Of a DNA stretch of 64,000 nt, positions 18,348 through 27,014 are shown piece after piece; position 1 is the first letter of the stretch, and every line of letters begins with the position of its first letter. The stretch is from positions 116,701-180,700 of the IMG/VR virus record IMGVR_UViG_3300010213_000001. One strand, written 5' to 3'. The stretch comes from a virus. Lineage: Duplodnaviria; Heunggongvirae; Uroviricota; Caudoviricetes. Below the pieces are notes generated by a model that worked only from the letters and a program-made list of their open reading frames with translations, made no database searches and was not told the DNA's origin. Position numbers and translations under genes: made by a program.

Positions 18348-18857
18348 TTATATTTTATTTAGTATTTTAACTGCTTGATCTACATGAACATCTTGTAGTC
18401 CTGCATAGCTATCTGTTAAAATAAATTGATCTTTTTGCTCTAAAAGCATATCTCCATCATCATCTATTATTACATACGTAAAATCTTTATTCAACTCTTT
18501 TCTTGACCAATCTTTGCCTTGATTAGAATGAATATTTGTATCCAACCATTGTTTAATCTCTACTCCTCTAGGAATTGATAGATGTATGCCAGTCCCTTTC
18601 TGTAAGTAATGATAAGCTCTAATAGTTATCCCAATTATCTTATCACTAAACATGAAACCTTCACTTGTCATGTACTCTCTTGTCTTTTCAAGAGTATGTA
18701 ATCTCCAAGAAGACGATAAGACAATTTTAGCATCTGTTTGAGTAAGAATTTTACCAAGTAAATGTTGTTTCTCTTCTGACAACCCCCAAACTCCTCCTTT
18801 TTTTAAAGGATTTGGAACTGCCAAAACTCCGTCGATATCTAAGAATATAATTTTCAT
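18348..18857 (-). CDS. HAD-superfamily phosphatase (Swiss-Army-Knife RNA repair-like)
   Basis: IIFLDIDGVL, IVLSSSWR, RGVEIKQWL, YVIIDDD. Confidence 0.9.
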   Translation of the reverse strand: MKIIFLDIDGVLAVPNPLKKGGVWGLSEEKQHLLGKILTQTDAKIVLSSSWRLHTLEKTREYMTSEGFMFSDKIIGITIRAYHYLQKGTGIHLSIPRGVEIKQWLDTNIHSNQGKDWSRKELNKDFTYVIIDDDGDMLLEQKDQFILTDSYAGLQDVHVDQAVKILNKI

Positions 18858-19081
18858 ATTTCTGTTGTTTTGTTAATATATTTCTTAGTTATATCTTTAT
18901 GCAAATCTGGATTAGAGTACTCTATATCTGTTGCATAAGCTGCAATAGCTTTAAGTGAAGCTTCAAGATGTTTTTTATCTTTACACTTACTATCTAATCT
19001 TAGTACAAAATATTCAGCATCTGGGTCACAATCAGTACCATCTGCCTTTGTTATGTGATACTTATTATATAATCCTTTCAT
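18854..19081 (-). CDS. small conserved hypothetical phage protein
   Basis: GLYNKY...YFVLRLD...AIAAYA motif. Confidence 0.7.
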   Translation of the reverse strand: MKGLYNKYHITKADGTDCDPDAEYFVLRLDSKCKDKKHLEASLKAIAAYATDIEYSNPDLHKDITKKYINKTTEI

Positions 19082-19086
19082 AATTA

Positions 19087-19476
19087 TTAGTTAATATATT
19101 TCCATTTAATAATATTTACCATTAACGTACAACCTGAGATAGAACATTTCCAGGTTTTACAATTAGGGGCGTGACTACATCTATATATCCTATGGATAGT
19201 ATCTTCATCGCTATATCCTTTAATATCTTCACCTGCAATAGGTAACTCATCTTTGATTAAAGTCCAGCCTTCTTCTTGAGGAATCCCTTCAAAAGTATGG
19301 ATAATCATATCTTGTCTAATAAATCTCCAGTCTTCATACTGTTCTCCTAACTTTGAGTCAGTAAGAATATAACGTAGGTAAACCTCATCATTATCTACTT
19401 CTAATATTTCTAATATCTTAACAGTAGTCTGAGGATTACCCACAAACTGATATTGCTTATATAGTTGTAGCTCCAT
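19087..19476 (-). CDS. hypothetical protein with Cys-rich C-terminus
   Basis: 129 aa; WTLIKDELP...C.HAPNCKTWKC. Confidence 0.7.
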   Translation of the reverse strand: MELQLYKQYQFVGNPQTTVKILEILEVDNDEVYLRYILTDSKLGEQYEDWRFIRQDMIIHTFEGIPQEEGWTLIKDELPIAGEDIKGYSDEDTIHRIYRCSHAPNCKTWKCSISGCTLMVNIIKWKYIN

Positions 19477-19852
19477 TTATTGAAAGATTAGTCAGTACAT
19501 ATTTATACGCATTACGCCTAGCTGTTCTATAGTCATTAGATACTCCAATAGTAAATACTTCTTTAGTATGTAAATTCTTAACTTTATAATTAAATACTTC
19601 CTGTCTATTATCTGTACTACATATAACTCTATATCCTTTCTCCATTACATATTTCTTTGCTTCTTTATAATTCCAAGCATCTCTAATAGGAGTTAAATAA
19701 CATATGTTATTTCTGTTTATGTATTCAACAATATGTGGTTTAGTAGGATCTTCTTGAATCCAAGCTATATGCTCAAGTCTAGATCTAAAATAGCATATCT
19801 TAGGGAGAAGTTTAGTTAGCTCCCAATCTACAAATTCCTCATCAATATTCAT
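19457..19852 (-). CDS. hypothetical protein, likely paralog of 36675-37073
   Basis: Shared FV.(W/F)EL.KL N-terminus and Y..A C-terminal helix. Confidence 0.65.
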   Translation of the reverse strand: MNIDEEFVDWELTKLLPKICYFRSRLEHIAWIQEDPTKPHIVEYINRNNICYLTPIRDAWNYKEAKKYVMEKGYRVICSTDNRQEVFNYKVKNLHTKEVFTIGVSNDYRTARRNAYKYVLTNLSINGATTI

Positions 19853-20147
19853 TATTAATTAAATTTTGAATTTGTTCAACTCTACCCTTACCATGTATTT
19901 GTTCAATAGTTTCTATAGCTTCATTGTATGACAGCCTAAACAATGATTTTTGCTCATTGTTATTTAGTTTCTTTAATGAATGCTCAACATTATTTGTTAT
20001 TGTTATCTTACTTTGATTAATATAGTATTCTACTAGCTCCTCTTTTGAAGCATTATGTAGTACTATATCATCAATGGTAGTATCATATATACAATATAGT
20101 CCATTAGGTTGCTTAATTATCATTATTATTAAAGTCTTATAGTTCAA
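19842..20147 (-). CDS. conserved hypothetical phage protein
   Basis: IIKQPNGLYC motif. Confidence 0.7.
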   Translation of the reverse strand: MNYKTLIIMIIKQPNGLYCIYDTTIDDIVLHNASKEELVEYYINQSKITITNNVEHSLKKLNNNEQKSLFRLSYNEAIETIEQIHGKGRVEQIQNLINNEY

Positions 20148-20187
20148 TTCATTTTATATAACTAACAAATGATATTTTCTACAAGAA

Positions 20188-20379
20188 CTATCTTGGTAAA
20201 GTAATCTCCTCTAATAGTTCTTCTATAAAATCCAAGTTACTATTAACTCTTATCAGCTGAATTTTGCTAAATAGCTTTTCATCTTCAAACTTATCTGGTC
20301 TATTCTTTTCAACCAAAGCTAAAGCATCTTGCAAAGATTCACTATTATCCCAATACTCTTTAGATTTTAGTAACTTCAT
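20188..20379 (-). CDS. hypothetical protein
   Basis: 63 aa ORF. Confidence 0.55.
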   Translation of the reverse strand: MKLLKSKEYWDNSESLQDALALVEKNRPDKFEDEKLFSKIQLIRVNSNLDFIEELLEEITLPR

Positions 20380-20464
20380 TTGCTTATATTGTAATTTTTT
20401 TTATGAGGTTTTCTCTACAGCATTTATTCATTTTATTTATTTTATATAGTACAAGTTTACTTAA

Positions 20465-21019
20465 TTATGTTGTAACAGACTTCTTAAATATATGTTCTTT
20501 AGTATATGACACTAAAATATTTTCAATTTGATTTATGTTGCTGGACTCCATGACAATATCTGCTAATACAGGACTAGTTGTATATCTTCTACTCTGTTCA
20601 TGGTTTTCTACTACTTCTGCCATTTCAACAACATAAGCCCACCTCAATAGCTCATCTAATTCTTCATCTTCGTCCATATCTAAATCTAATAACAGAATTA
20701 TTATAGTATCATTACAGTAGTTATCTATATAGGATATTTGTGTTAGTATATACTCTGCAGCAAAGAAAGTAGCTTCCCATCTACAATCAGCAACAAATGA
20801 TCTCTCCCATTCTGTTCCATCTATAGTTAGACTAGCGATATACTCATTGTTTAAATTAGATTTAAATATTTGTATATAATAACCTAATTGACTTAGTGAA
20901 TCAGCCATATCAGTTAGTATGTTAATATACCCTAATTTATCCATAGCTATTGTAGCTACAGTATAGGATGAAGCTATATTATATAAGTTGCTACAGTGGT
21001 CATATAGTGATCTACTCAT
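20465..21019 (-). CDS. hypothetical protein
   Basis: 184 aa acidic ORF. Confidence 0.7.
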   Translation of the reverse strand: MSRSLYDHCSNLYNIASSYTVATIAMDKLGYINILTDMADSLSQLGYYIQIFKSNLNNEYIASLTIDGTEWERSFVADCRWEATFFAAEYILTQISYIDNYCNDTIIILLLDLDMDEDEELDELLRWAYVVEMAEVVENHEQSRRYTTSPVLADIVMESSNINQIENILVSYTKEHIFKKSVTT

Positions 21020-21491
21020 TTAATTTAGTAAAAGCTTTATTTAGTATATTAAATACTCTTTTCTCTATACCCTTACTTTTACTTTCTCTGTTTCCAGCTA
21101 TATTTATAGCTGTATAGTTTCCATCTTTGATAAACTTAATTATATCATCCACTGTAGATTCTTTCCTTATATCTACTTTGTTAAGATATAAATAAGGCTT
21201 CCCGTTCTTCATACAGAAAGTCTTTGTCAATTTACTACCTCCTGATTTGGCTTCATCAAATATAATAGTACAATCTGTACTTATTACATTTTTTAGAGTT
21301 CTTCCAGCGTAATTATCGCTAGTAGTAGTAACTGCTCCTAATTTTGAATACTCTGGCTTTTTACCATTTTCAGTTATATACCCTTTTGGCATGAATCCTT
21401 TAGTTTCAAGACCATTACTTATAGCTGCTTTAATACCAGCTATGTCTGCTCCAGTTTGGAATCCAGACCATATTGTAATATTACTTTTCAT
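21012..21491 (-). CDS. SLOG superfamily protein (cpYpsA / putative molybdenum carrier family)
   Basis: SGFQTGADIAG, RT.KNV..TD.T, SGGSKLT, INIAGNRES. Confidence 0.85.
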   Translation of the reverse strand: MKSNITIWSGFQTGADIAGIKAAISNGLETKGFMPKGYITENGKKPEYSKLGAVTTTSDNYAGRTLKNVISTDCTIIFDEAKSGGSKLTKTFCMKNGKPYLYLNKVDIRKESTVDDIIKFIKDGNYTAINIAGNRESKSKGIEKRVFNILNKAFTKLNE

Positions 21492-21669
21492 GTGTTAATG
21501 CGTCTTCTTCTATAACCTCTTGTAAAGCTTTAGATAAATTGTATTCCGAACTTTTCTGCTTCTCTCTTTCTCTTGGAGAAATATCTGTTCTATGTCTACT
21601 AGTATTATATCTCCATTTTTCTAATACTCTTAAAGTAAAGAGTACCTTTTTATTCAATTTATTTTCCAT
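21481..21669 (-). CDS. hypothetical protein
   Basis: 62 aa ORF. Confidence 0.55.
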   Translation of the reverse strand: MENKLNKKVLFTLRVLEKWRYNTSRHRTDISPREREKQKSSEYNLSKALQEVIEEDALTHEK

Positions 21670-21679
21670 AAATATTTTA

Positions 21680-21912
21680 TTATTTAAATGTTCTTGGAAA
21701 AGGAATGATATCTCTAATATTTCCCATTCCTGTTACGTATTGTATTATTCTCTCAAACCCTTATATGGGATATATCTATCCCTTCTACTACAACTTGTAG
21801 TTTATCTAGTTTACTATCATTTGTTATAGATAGAAAAGACACATTAGAGCTTTCTCTCTTGTGTCTTACCCACCCATTCAAAGTGATAGTACCCCAACTT
21901 GGGGTACTCCAT
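21680..21912 (-). pseudogene. asnS: internally deleted asparaginyl-tRNA synthetase relic
   Basis: Hand translation. 21887-21753 = ITLNGWVRHKRESSNVSFLSITNDSKLDKLQVVV (OB-fold N-terminus). 21760-21680 = GFERIIQYVTGMGNIRDIIPFPRTFK* (class IIb motif 3 and AsnRS C-terminus). Confidence 0.85.
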
Positions 21913-21930
21913 ATTGTTTATTAATTGCAT

Positions 21931-22314
21931 TTATTCTGGTTGAATTATTCTTAAAGCTTCATTAAGTACTCTATTAAATTCCAGTTCAGTTATCTCAGAA
22001 ACGTCCTCTCTAAGAATATCAGCATCAAATACAGCTCTGTTTTCTATCAAGAATCTTTCTCCTCCTAACTTGGACAATGTAATGTTTAACACTATTACAC
22101 TATTTTTATATCCTCTATTAGATTGATATACCTTAAAGTAACTATTTTCAAAAGAATCATAGAAACATTTACCAGTAAGATTTGCTGATACTACTAGTTT
22201 CTCTTCTCTTACAATTTGCTTTAATCTATTAATCTCTTCTTGAAGATTAGCAATTATCTTCTGAGACTCAATTATCTTTTGTTCTGTTTCTTGTATTTTA
22301 TTATTGTTTAACAT
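21931..22314 (-). CDS. hypothetical protein, coiled-coil N-terminus
   Basis: GKCF...YFKV...EITELEF; resembles 25698-26138. Confidence 0.7.
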   Translation of the reverse strand: MLNNNKIQETEQKIIESQKIIANLQEEINRLKQIVREEKLVVSANLTGKCFYDSFENSYFKVYQSNRGYKNSVIVLNITLSKLGGERFLIENRAVFDADILREDVSEITELEFNRVLNEALRIIQPE

Positions 22315-22672
22315 TTTGTATTTTATTATTAGTTAATAGATTATAAATATACTTTAGTTTGTATTCATATTCTTTGATTGAATATAGTTCAGATAAGACT
22401 GCTAGGTCATGTCCTAATACATCTAAAATAGAAGTACACATAATTAATTCGTAGATACTAAGACTTCCCTCCCAGTCTGATATAGATAGAAGATCTCCAC
22501 TACTTATTTTTCTAAATTGGTCGCTGGATGCTTCATCTATACAATATGAGGTATTTTTATCTAGCTCTTCAAGTAATATTGGATTATCTACAATTAGTTT
22601 ATTTATTATTTGAGTACATAACTTCTCAATGTTAAGTACTTCATTATAGTTCTCTTTAGTTAATGTTATCAT
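22301..22672 (-). CDS. hypothetical protein
   Basis: 123 aa ORF. Confidence 0.65.
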   Translation of the reverse strand: MITLTKENYNEVLNIEKLCTQIINKLIVDNPILLEELDKNTSYCIDEASSDQFRKISSGDLLSISDWEGSLSIYELIMCTSILDVLGHDLAVLSELYSIKEYEYKLKYIYNLLTNNKIQNVKQ

Positions 22673-22675
22673 ATA

Positions 22676-23269
22676 TTATTTTTTCTTTTTCTTCTCAAGG
22701 TCTTTTATAGCTTTAAATAGTGTATCTGCTTTTTCTTCTAATTCTTCAAGGGAGATCATCTTAATCTCCCTAGTTAGATACTGCTCTAAACTTAATCCTT
22801 CAATATTAATAAAGTTATCATATTCGAGATTTTCCACTATATGATTAGAGTGAGATATAATTAAGTATGGTTTAGTCACATTTCTATTTATGAAATCTGT
22901 TATACCTAATTGTACTTCAGCACTACATCCTACTTCAGGCTCATCAAATACTAAATAATCAGCTTTCTCTTGTCTATTAACCAGAGCTTGTATTTGATGT
23001 ATACTGTTTATACTTGTAGCTAGCCAGCTTGTATCTAACATACTACCACTAAGAGCTCCCCAATCTGCTACACTAGATGTTCTACGTTCCATAGAAGTAG
23101 ACATGACCTTAGGTTTTCTCTCTAGTATATATTCAAGTTGAAAAGGTAACTGTTTTCTAATTAAACTTTTACCAGAAGCATTGCTGCCAGTAAGGACAGT
23201 TCTCTTAGAATAATCAATATTTATGATAATATCTGTAAGATATTCTATGTATTTTTCTAGATCTTGCAT
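22676..23269 (-). CDS. stand-alone ABC-type ATPase
   Basis: Walker A GSNASGKS, Walker B LVFDEPE, H-loop ISHS. Confidence 0.8.
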   Translation of the reverse strand: MQDLEKYIEYLTDIIINIDYSKRTVLTGSNASGKSLIRKQLPFQLEYILERKPKVMSTSMERRTSSVADWGALSGSMLDTSWLATSINSIHQIQALVNRQEKADYLVFDEPEVGCSAEVQLGITDFINRNVTKPYLIISHSNHIVENLEYDNFINIEGLSLEQYLTREIKMISLEELEEKADTLFKAIKDLEKKKKK

Positions 23270-23299
23270 AGTGAAATGAATTTAATTAAGTGTTTACAA

Positions 23300-23596
23300 T
23301 TAAGATACTTTAACTACTTGAATATGCATTTGATTCTTCGTTTTTATCTTACCAATCCATAAGTATGTATTAGTAACTTCAGGTATTTCATTTAGAGGCA
23401 CTAAGTAGAACTCTTCCTGATCATCTAATAATTCTATAAGTTTATTGTATTTTTTATTAGACATATTATCTTTAAAATAATCCTGTTCTTTTATAGCTTT
23501 AATAGCTGCTTCTTTATCACTCATTGGATCTGAAGATGTTACTTTAGAAGTAAACTTTCCCTTTTTATAGTCAACAATTACTATATATGTTGTCAT
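23300..23596 (-). CDS. hypothetical protein
   Basis: 98 aa ORF. Confidence 0.7.
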   Translation of the reverse strand: MTTYIVIVDYKKGKFTSKVTSSDPMSDKEAAIKAIKEQDYFKDNMSNKKYNKLIELLDDQEEFYLVPLNEIPEVTNTYLWIGKIKTKNQMHIQVVKVS

Positions 23597-24384
23597 ATTT
23601 TGTAATTTATAATTATTCCATTTGATGTAGGACCTTCATAAAATTTATCATCTGTCATACAGCTAACATTGAGGAAATGGATATTATCTCTTATTAATTC
23701 TCCTTGATTCTTGAAGGTTGGATTATCATGTATATGTCCAAATATATGATATCTAGGATATATGTCATATATACGTTTTAGTAAAGCTTCGTCTCCACAC
23801 AACTTAACAGTATTACCATAATCCTTCACCATATCTAATATGGAGAACGGAGGACCATGAGTTACAAGTATATCTGTATCCTCTGGAATTTTAGACCATA
23901 ATTTAGATAATTCTACTATAGTCCTATTAAAGTACCAATTACCAAATTTTGGTGTGAATGGAGAGCCAAATATTTTAATTCCTTCTATCTCTACAATCTC
24001 ATGTTCTAGATATATTATTCCAGCGTCTTTTACTTTCTGTACATTATAATCCTTGGTAGCCCAAGCATCATGATTACCAGCTATTAATACCTTATTCTTT
24101 ATATTTAAATTAGAATACCAATCTAGAAAATCATCAAATTCTTGCTCGTTTTTATAAGGCTCCCAATAGTTTGTACTATCTCCAGCATGAATAATTATAT
24201 CTACCTCTTGAGGTACAGTAAGACTTCTATGATGTCCATGAGTATCAGATATACAATAGATAGTTACATCTTCTTTATGTTTTACACTATGTAGATCGCT
24301 TTCTTGTTTTGTATAATCTTCATAGAGTAACCAACTTTGTACTAACTTTTCAACTTCAGATTTAGCTATATCAACTACTTTCAT
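23593..24384 (-). CDS. calcineurin-like metallophosphoesterase (MPPED/239FB-like)
   Basis: ISDTH, HAGD, AGNHD, VTHGPP, FGHIH. Confidence 0.92.
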   Translation of the reverse strand: MKVVDIAKSEVEKLVQSWLLYEDYTKQESDLHSVKHKEDVTIYCISDTHGHHRSLTVPQEVDIIIHAGDSTNYWEPYKNEQEFDDFLDWYSNLNIKNKVLIAGNHDAWATKDYNVQKVKDAGIIYLEHEIVEIEGIKIFGSPFTPKFGNWYFNRTIVELSKLWSKIPEDTDILVTHGPPFSILDMVKDYGNTVKLCGDEALLKRIYDIYPRYHIFGHIHDNPTFKNQGELIRDNIHFLNVSCMTDDKFYEGPTSNGIIINYKI

Positions 24385-24396
24385 TCAGATTTAATT

Positions 24397-24789
24397 TTAA
24401 ACATAATCTACTAGTACTAGTCTATCTTTATAAAATCCAACATTCTCAATCTTTACATCTTCGCTAAGATTTAATCTTGAGCACTCTTCTTTAAAAGAGT
24501 CTGGAATTTGTCCTTCTTTAATTAATTGACACCTATATTGTATAGACATAATACCAAACCACAAGCTAAATACTGTTGGGCATATCATTTCTAATTTTTT
24601 ACTAGCTAATGTATATTTATCATCATTCTCCTTACTACATCGTTCCCATATCTTATACCATATTCTTTCGCAGTAATTCCCATAACATCCATACAAGAAC
24701 ATCAGCATACCATTATCTAATCTCGGAAACTTAATAGCATAATTACCAATTAGTATTACTAGCCTACTAGATCCTTTATATAGTTTCAT
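24397..24789 (-). CDS. minimal protein-kinase-like fold protein
   Basis: GSSR.V...YAIKFP, EDVKIEN, LVDY. Confidence 0.65.
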   Translation of the reverse strand: MKLYKGSSRLVILIGNYAIKFPRLDNGMLMFLYGCYGNYCERIWYKIWERCSKENDDKYTLASKKLEMICPTVFSLWFGIMSIQYRCQLIKEGQIPDSFKEECSRLNLSEDVKIENVGFYKDRLVLVDYV

Positions 24790-24852
24790 ATAGATAGTTA
24801 AAAGTGATAAATTATATTATCTTACTTACTTTTAATATAGTCTAGTAAATAA

Positions 24853-25314
24853 CTAGTCAGTATATTTAATAGTAATTTCTATCTCTGGGTTTTCATAAAT
24901 ATTTCCTATTATTTGACATTCTTCAGCGTCAAGATTCTCATATTCATACCCACCAAAAGCAGGTTCACAGAATGGATAATATCCAGCTAATTCTGTATTA
25001 TAAGATACCACGTACGTATCATATTGTGGTTCTTCTTGTGCTTGTCCTCTACGATAAACCTTTCTACCGGCTTCATGTCCATCAGTACCATCTGATATGA
25101 TAAATGGATCATATCCTAAAACAATATCACCTTCACATATACTTTTTCCATTCTTATCTTTACGGTTAATATATTGTTGAACTTCTTCATCTTCTAAAGG
25201 CTTCAGAAGCCCAGAGCCATTATCATATATAAAATTAATTGTAGTACTATTTAATGTAAATGGTTCTGAGAATTTGCTTAATTTTTCGCTCCAAGCTCTA
25301 AACATTTTATTCAT
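24853..25314 (-). CDS. YopX family protein
   Basis: FRAW, DKNGKSICEGDIV, IIGNIYENPE. Confidence 0.9.
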   Translation of the reverse strand: MNKMFRAWSEKLSKFSEPFTLNSTTINFIYDNGSGLLKPLEDEEVQQYINRKDKNGKSICEGDIVLGYDPFIISDGTDGHEAGRKVYRRGQAQEEPQYDTYVVSYNTELAGYYPFCEPAFGGYEYENLDAEECQIIGNIYENPEIEITIKYTD

Positions 25315-25723
25315 TCGTCTTTATTATTGATTTTATTATTGATTTGAATTGTTCAAGTGAGGTAACAACAAATCCCATTACTCTGTCCCATTCATAAGAT
25401 TTAAAAGAATATCTCTCTAGTGATACATATAATCCATTATACTTTGTCTCATTAATACTATCGTAGTCTGTATCATCAAGCCCTAATCGGATAACTATAT
25501 GACAATCTCTACCGTCCTCTTCTTCCCAAGAAGGCACACGCTGATATTCTTCATGTGGTTTATCATATTTGCAACTAGTAATCCAAGTTAGTATACTCTC
25601 ACTTCTCTTCCAATTAACATTAGGGATAGATAAAATATAGCTTATACATTCTTCTTTTAGTTGATTTCCTTCAGCTTTTGTCATATTAATAGGTAATTTA
25701 ATTTGTATCTTTAGATGAATCAA
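25307..25723 (-). CDS. hypothetical protein
   Basis: 138 aa ORF; true start probably MTKAE. Confidence 0.65.
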   Translation of the reverse strand: MIHLKIQIKLPINMTKAEGNQLKEECISYILSIPNVNWKRSESILTWITSCKYDKPHEEYQRVPSWEEEDGRDCHIVIRLGLDDTDYDSINETKYNGLYVSLERYSFKSYEWDRVMGFVVTSLEQFKSIIKSIIKTNE

Positions 25724-26138
25724 AATAATTATTTACTTTAAGATACGCAATATTAAATTCTTCTTTAGATATTTGTTTTAAAGCGAACAAGTCAGTTATA
25801 TAATATTTGGTAACTCTACTAATTTTAGGGTTTAGTGAGTCTTCCAAATCTATAATTAGTAGATTGTATTGTACAGTTGGGTAATCAGACTTTTTATTTT
25901 CTATTTTCTTGAGATCTATTACTTTTATGTAACAGTCATTATCTAAATCTATAAAGTAATTTCCAACATACTCTTTTGTATATACTTCAAATAAATGGTC
26001 ATTAAGCTCCGACTCCAACTTTTTAAGCTCAGTTCTAGCTTCTAGGAATCGTGTCTTCGCTTCTGCTACCTTTTTAAGTAGGACTTTGTCTAATTCCATA
26101 ATTATTTTAGTCTGTAAAGTCTGATAAATCAATACCAA
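25698..26138 (-). CDS. hypothetical protein, likely paralog of 21931-22314
   Basis: Coiled coil, then GNYF...YIKV...ISKEEF; true start probably MELDK. Confidence 0.65.
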   Translation of the reverse strand: MVLIYQTLQTKIIMELDKVLLKKVAEAKTRFLEARTELKKLESELNDHLFEVYTKEYVGNYFIDLDNDCYIKVIDLKKIENKKSDYPTVQYNLLIIDLEDSLNPKISRVTKYYITDLFALKQISKEEFNIAYLKVNNYFDSSKDTN

Positions 26139-26274
26139 ATATAGCTCCCATTAATATTAGAGTAATAAATAGTAATACATATCCTGTTATTACTAAGGTA
26201 GTATCTTCTAATGTTATTAAATAATTAGATAGGATAAATAACCCCACTAAAAATATAAATGCTAATGCTTTCAT
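26107..26274 (-). CDS. small two-TM membrane protein
   Basis: Not in the track. MKALAFIFLVGLFILSNYL...ITLILMGAIFGIDLSDFTD*. Confidence 0.65.
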   Translation of the reverse strand: MKALAFIFLVGLFILSNYLITLEDTTLVITGYVLLFITLILMGAIFGIDLSDFTD

Positions 26275-26663
26275 GATTTAGAGTTGGTAAATTTAGATAT
26301 AGCAGTTAGTATGACGTCTTGGGTAATTTCTTCATACTCAAAGTATTTGGCTTCATATCCTTTCCCTAACTTTCCAATAATCAATGAGGTTAATCCACCA
26401 TACTCATCAATAACTAGTAAACATAATCCATCTTCAAATTCTCTGCTTAATACTGCTTCATTATCATCAGATAATCTTTTTGAATAGTCTATATCTTTTA
26501 GCTGTGCTATGATTCTACTATAAGTGTCTAACTGTTCTTTTGACTTTGCAAATAGTTCATCTATTAGAACATCACGATAAGGATTTATAACTGTAATACC
26601 TTCATATTCTGAATTTACAGCACATAATTCCTTTAGACTTATACTATCACTTCTTTCTTTCAT
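26271..26663 (-). CDS. hypothetical protein
   Basis: 130 aa ORF. Confidence 0.7.
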   Translation of the reverse strand: MKERSDSISLKELCAVNSEYEGITVINPYRDVLIDELFAKSKEQLDTYSRIIAQLKDIDYSKRLSDDNEAVLSREFEDGLCLLVIDEYGGLTSLIIGKLGKGYEAKYFEYEEITQDVILTAISKFTNSKS

Positions 26664-26681
26664 TATTGTCGTTAATATAAA

Positions 26682-27014
26682 TTAAAATAATTCATCAAAA
26701 TAATCATCAATCATATTTACTACATCTGCATCTAGATTAACATTAATCTGTATAAGATTAGCTGCAAAGTTTTGCATCTCTTGTAAATTCTCTTCATCTA
26801 CTTTTATTAGTTGATTAACATTTTCAAAACATCTACCACCTTTCCATCTAACATCTACTTGATCTTTATCCAATTTAAAAGGAGATTCTACCACCTCTCC
26901 AATACCTTCTCCTCTTCCCCAAGAGTCAAAATCATTAGGTATCCAAGTATCAGGGTTTTTAACTACTTTATTTCCTACTTTCATTATAAATTTGATGTGT
27001 AAAAGGTTGTTCAT
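26682..27014 (-). CDS. hypothetical protein
   Basis: Likely start MKVGNKV; SH3-like beta pattern. Confidence 0.65.
   Translation of the reverse strand: MNNLLHIKFIMKVGNKVVKNPDTWIPNDFDSWGRGEGIGEVVESPFKLDKDQVDVRWKGGRCFENVNQLIKVDEENLQEMQNFAANLIQINVNLDADVVNMIDDYFDELF

Noticed and set aside
18854-19081. Small protein as an anti-CBASS sponge (Acb2/Acb4-like)
   Set aside because: Size and context fit, but I cannot match it to a sequence I reliably know. Left as hypothetical.
20379-20431. Possible frameshift in an A8 run extending ORF 20188-20379 upstream (MNKCCRENL...)
   Set aside because: It adds only about 17 codons, the downstream ORF has its own ATG, and there is no homology support.
21765-21910. 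Cluster of hairpins suggesting a riboswitch or small ncRNA
   Set aside because: The stretch is better explained as the asnS relic, which reads as protein in two frames. A secondary terminator role is possible, but no RNA family was recognised.
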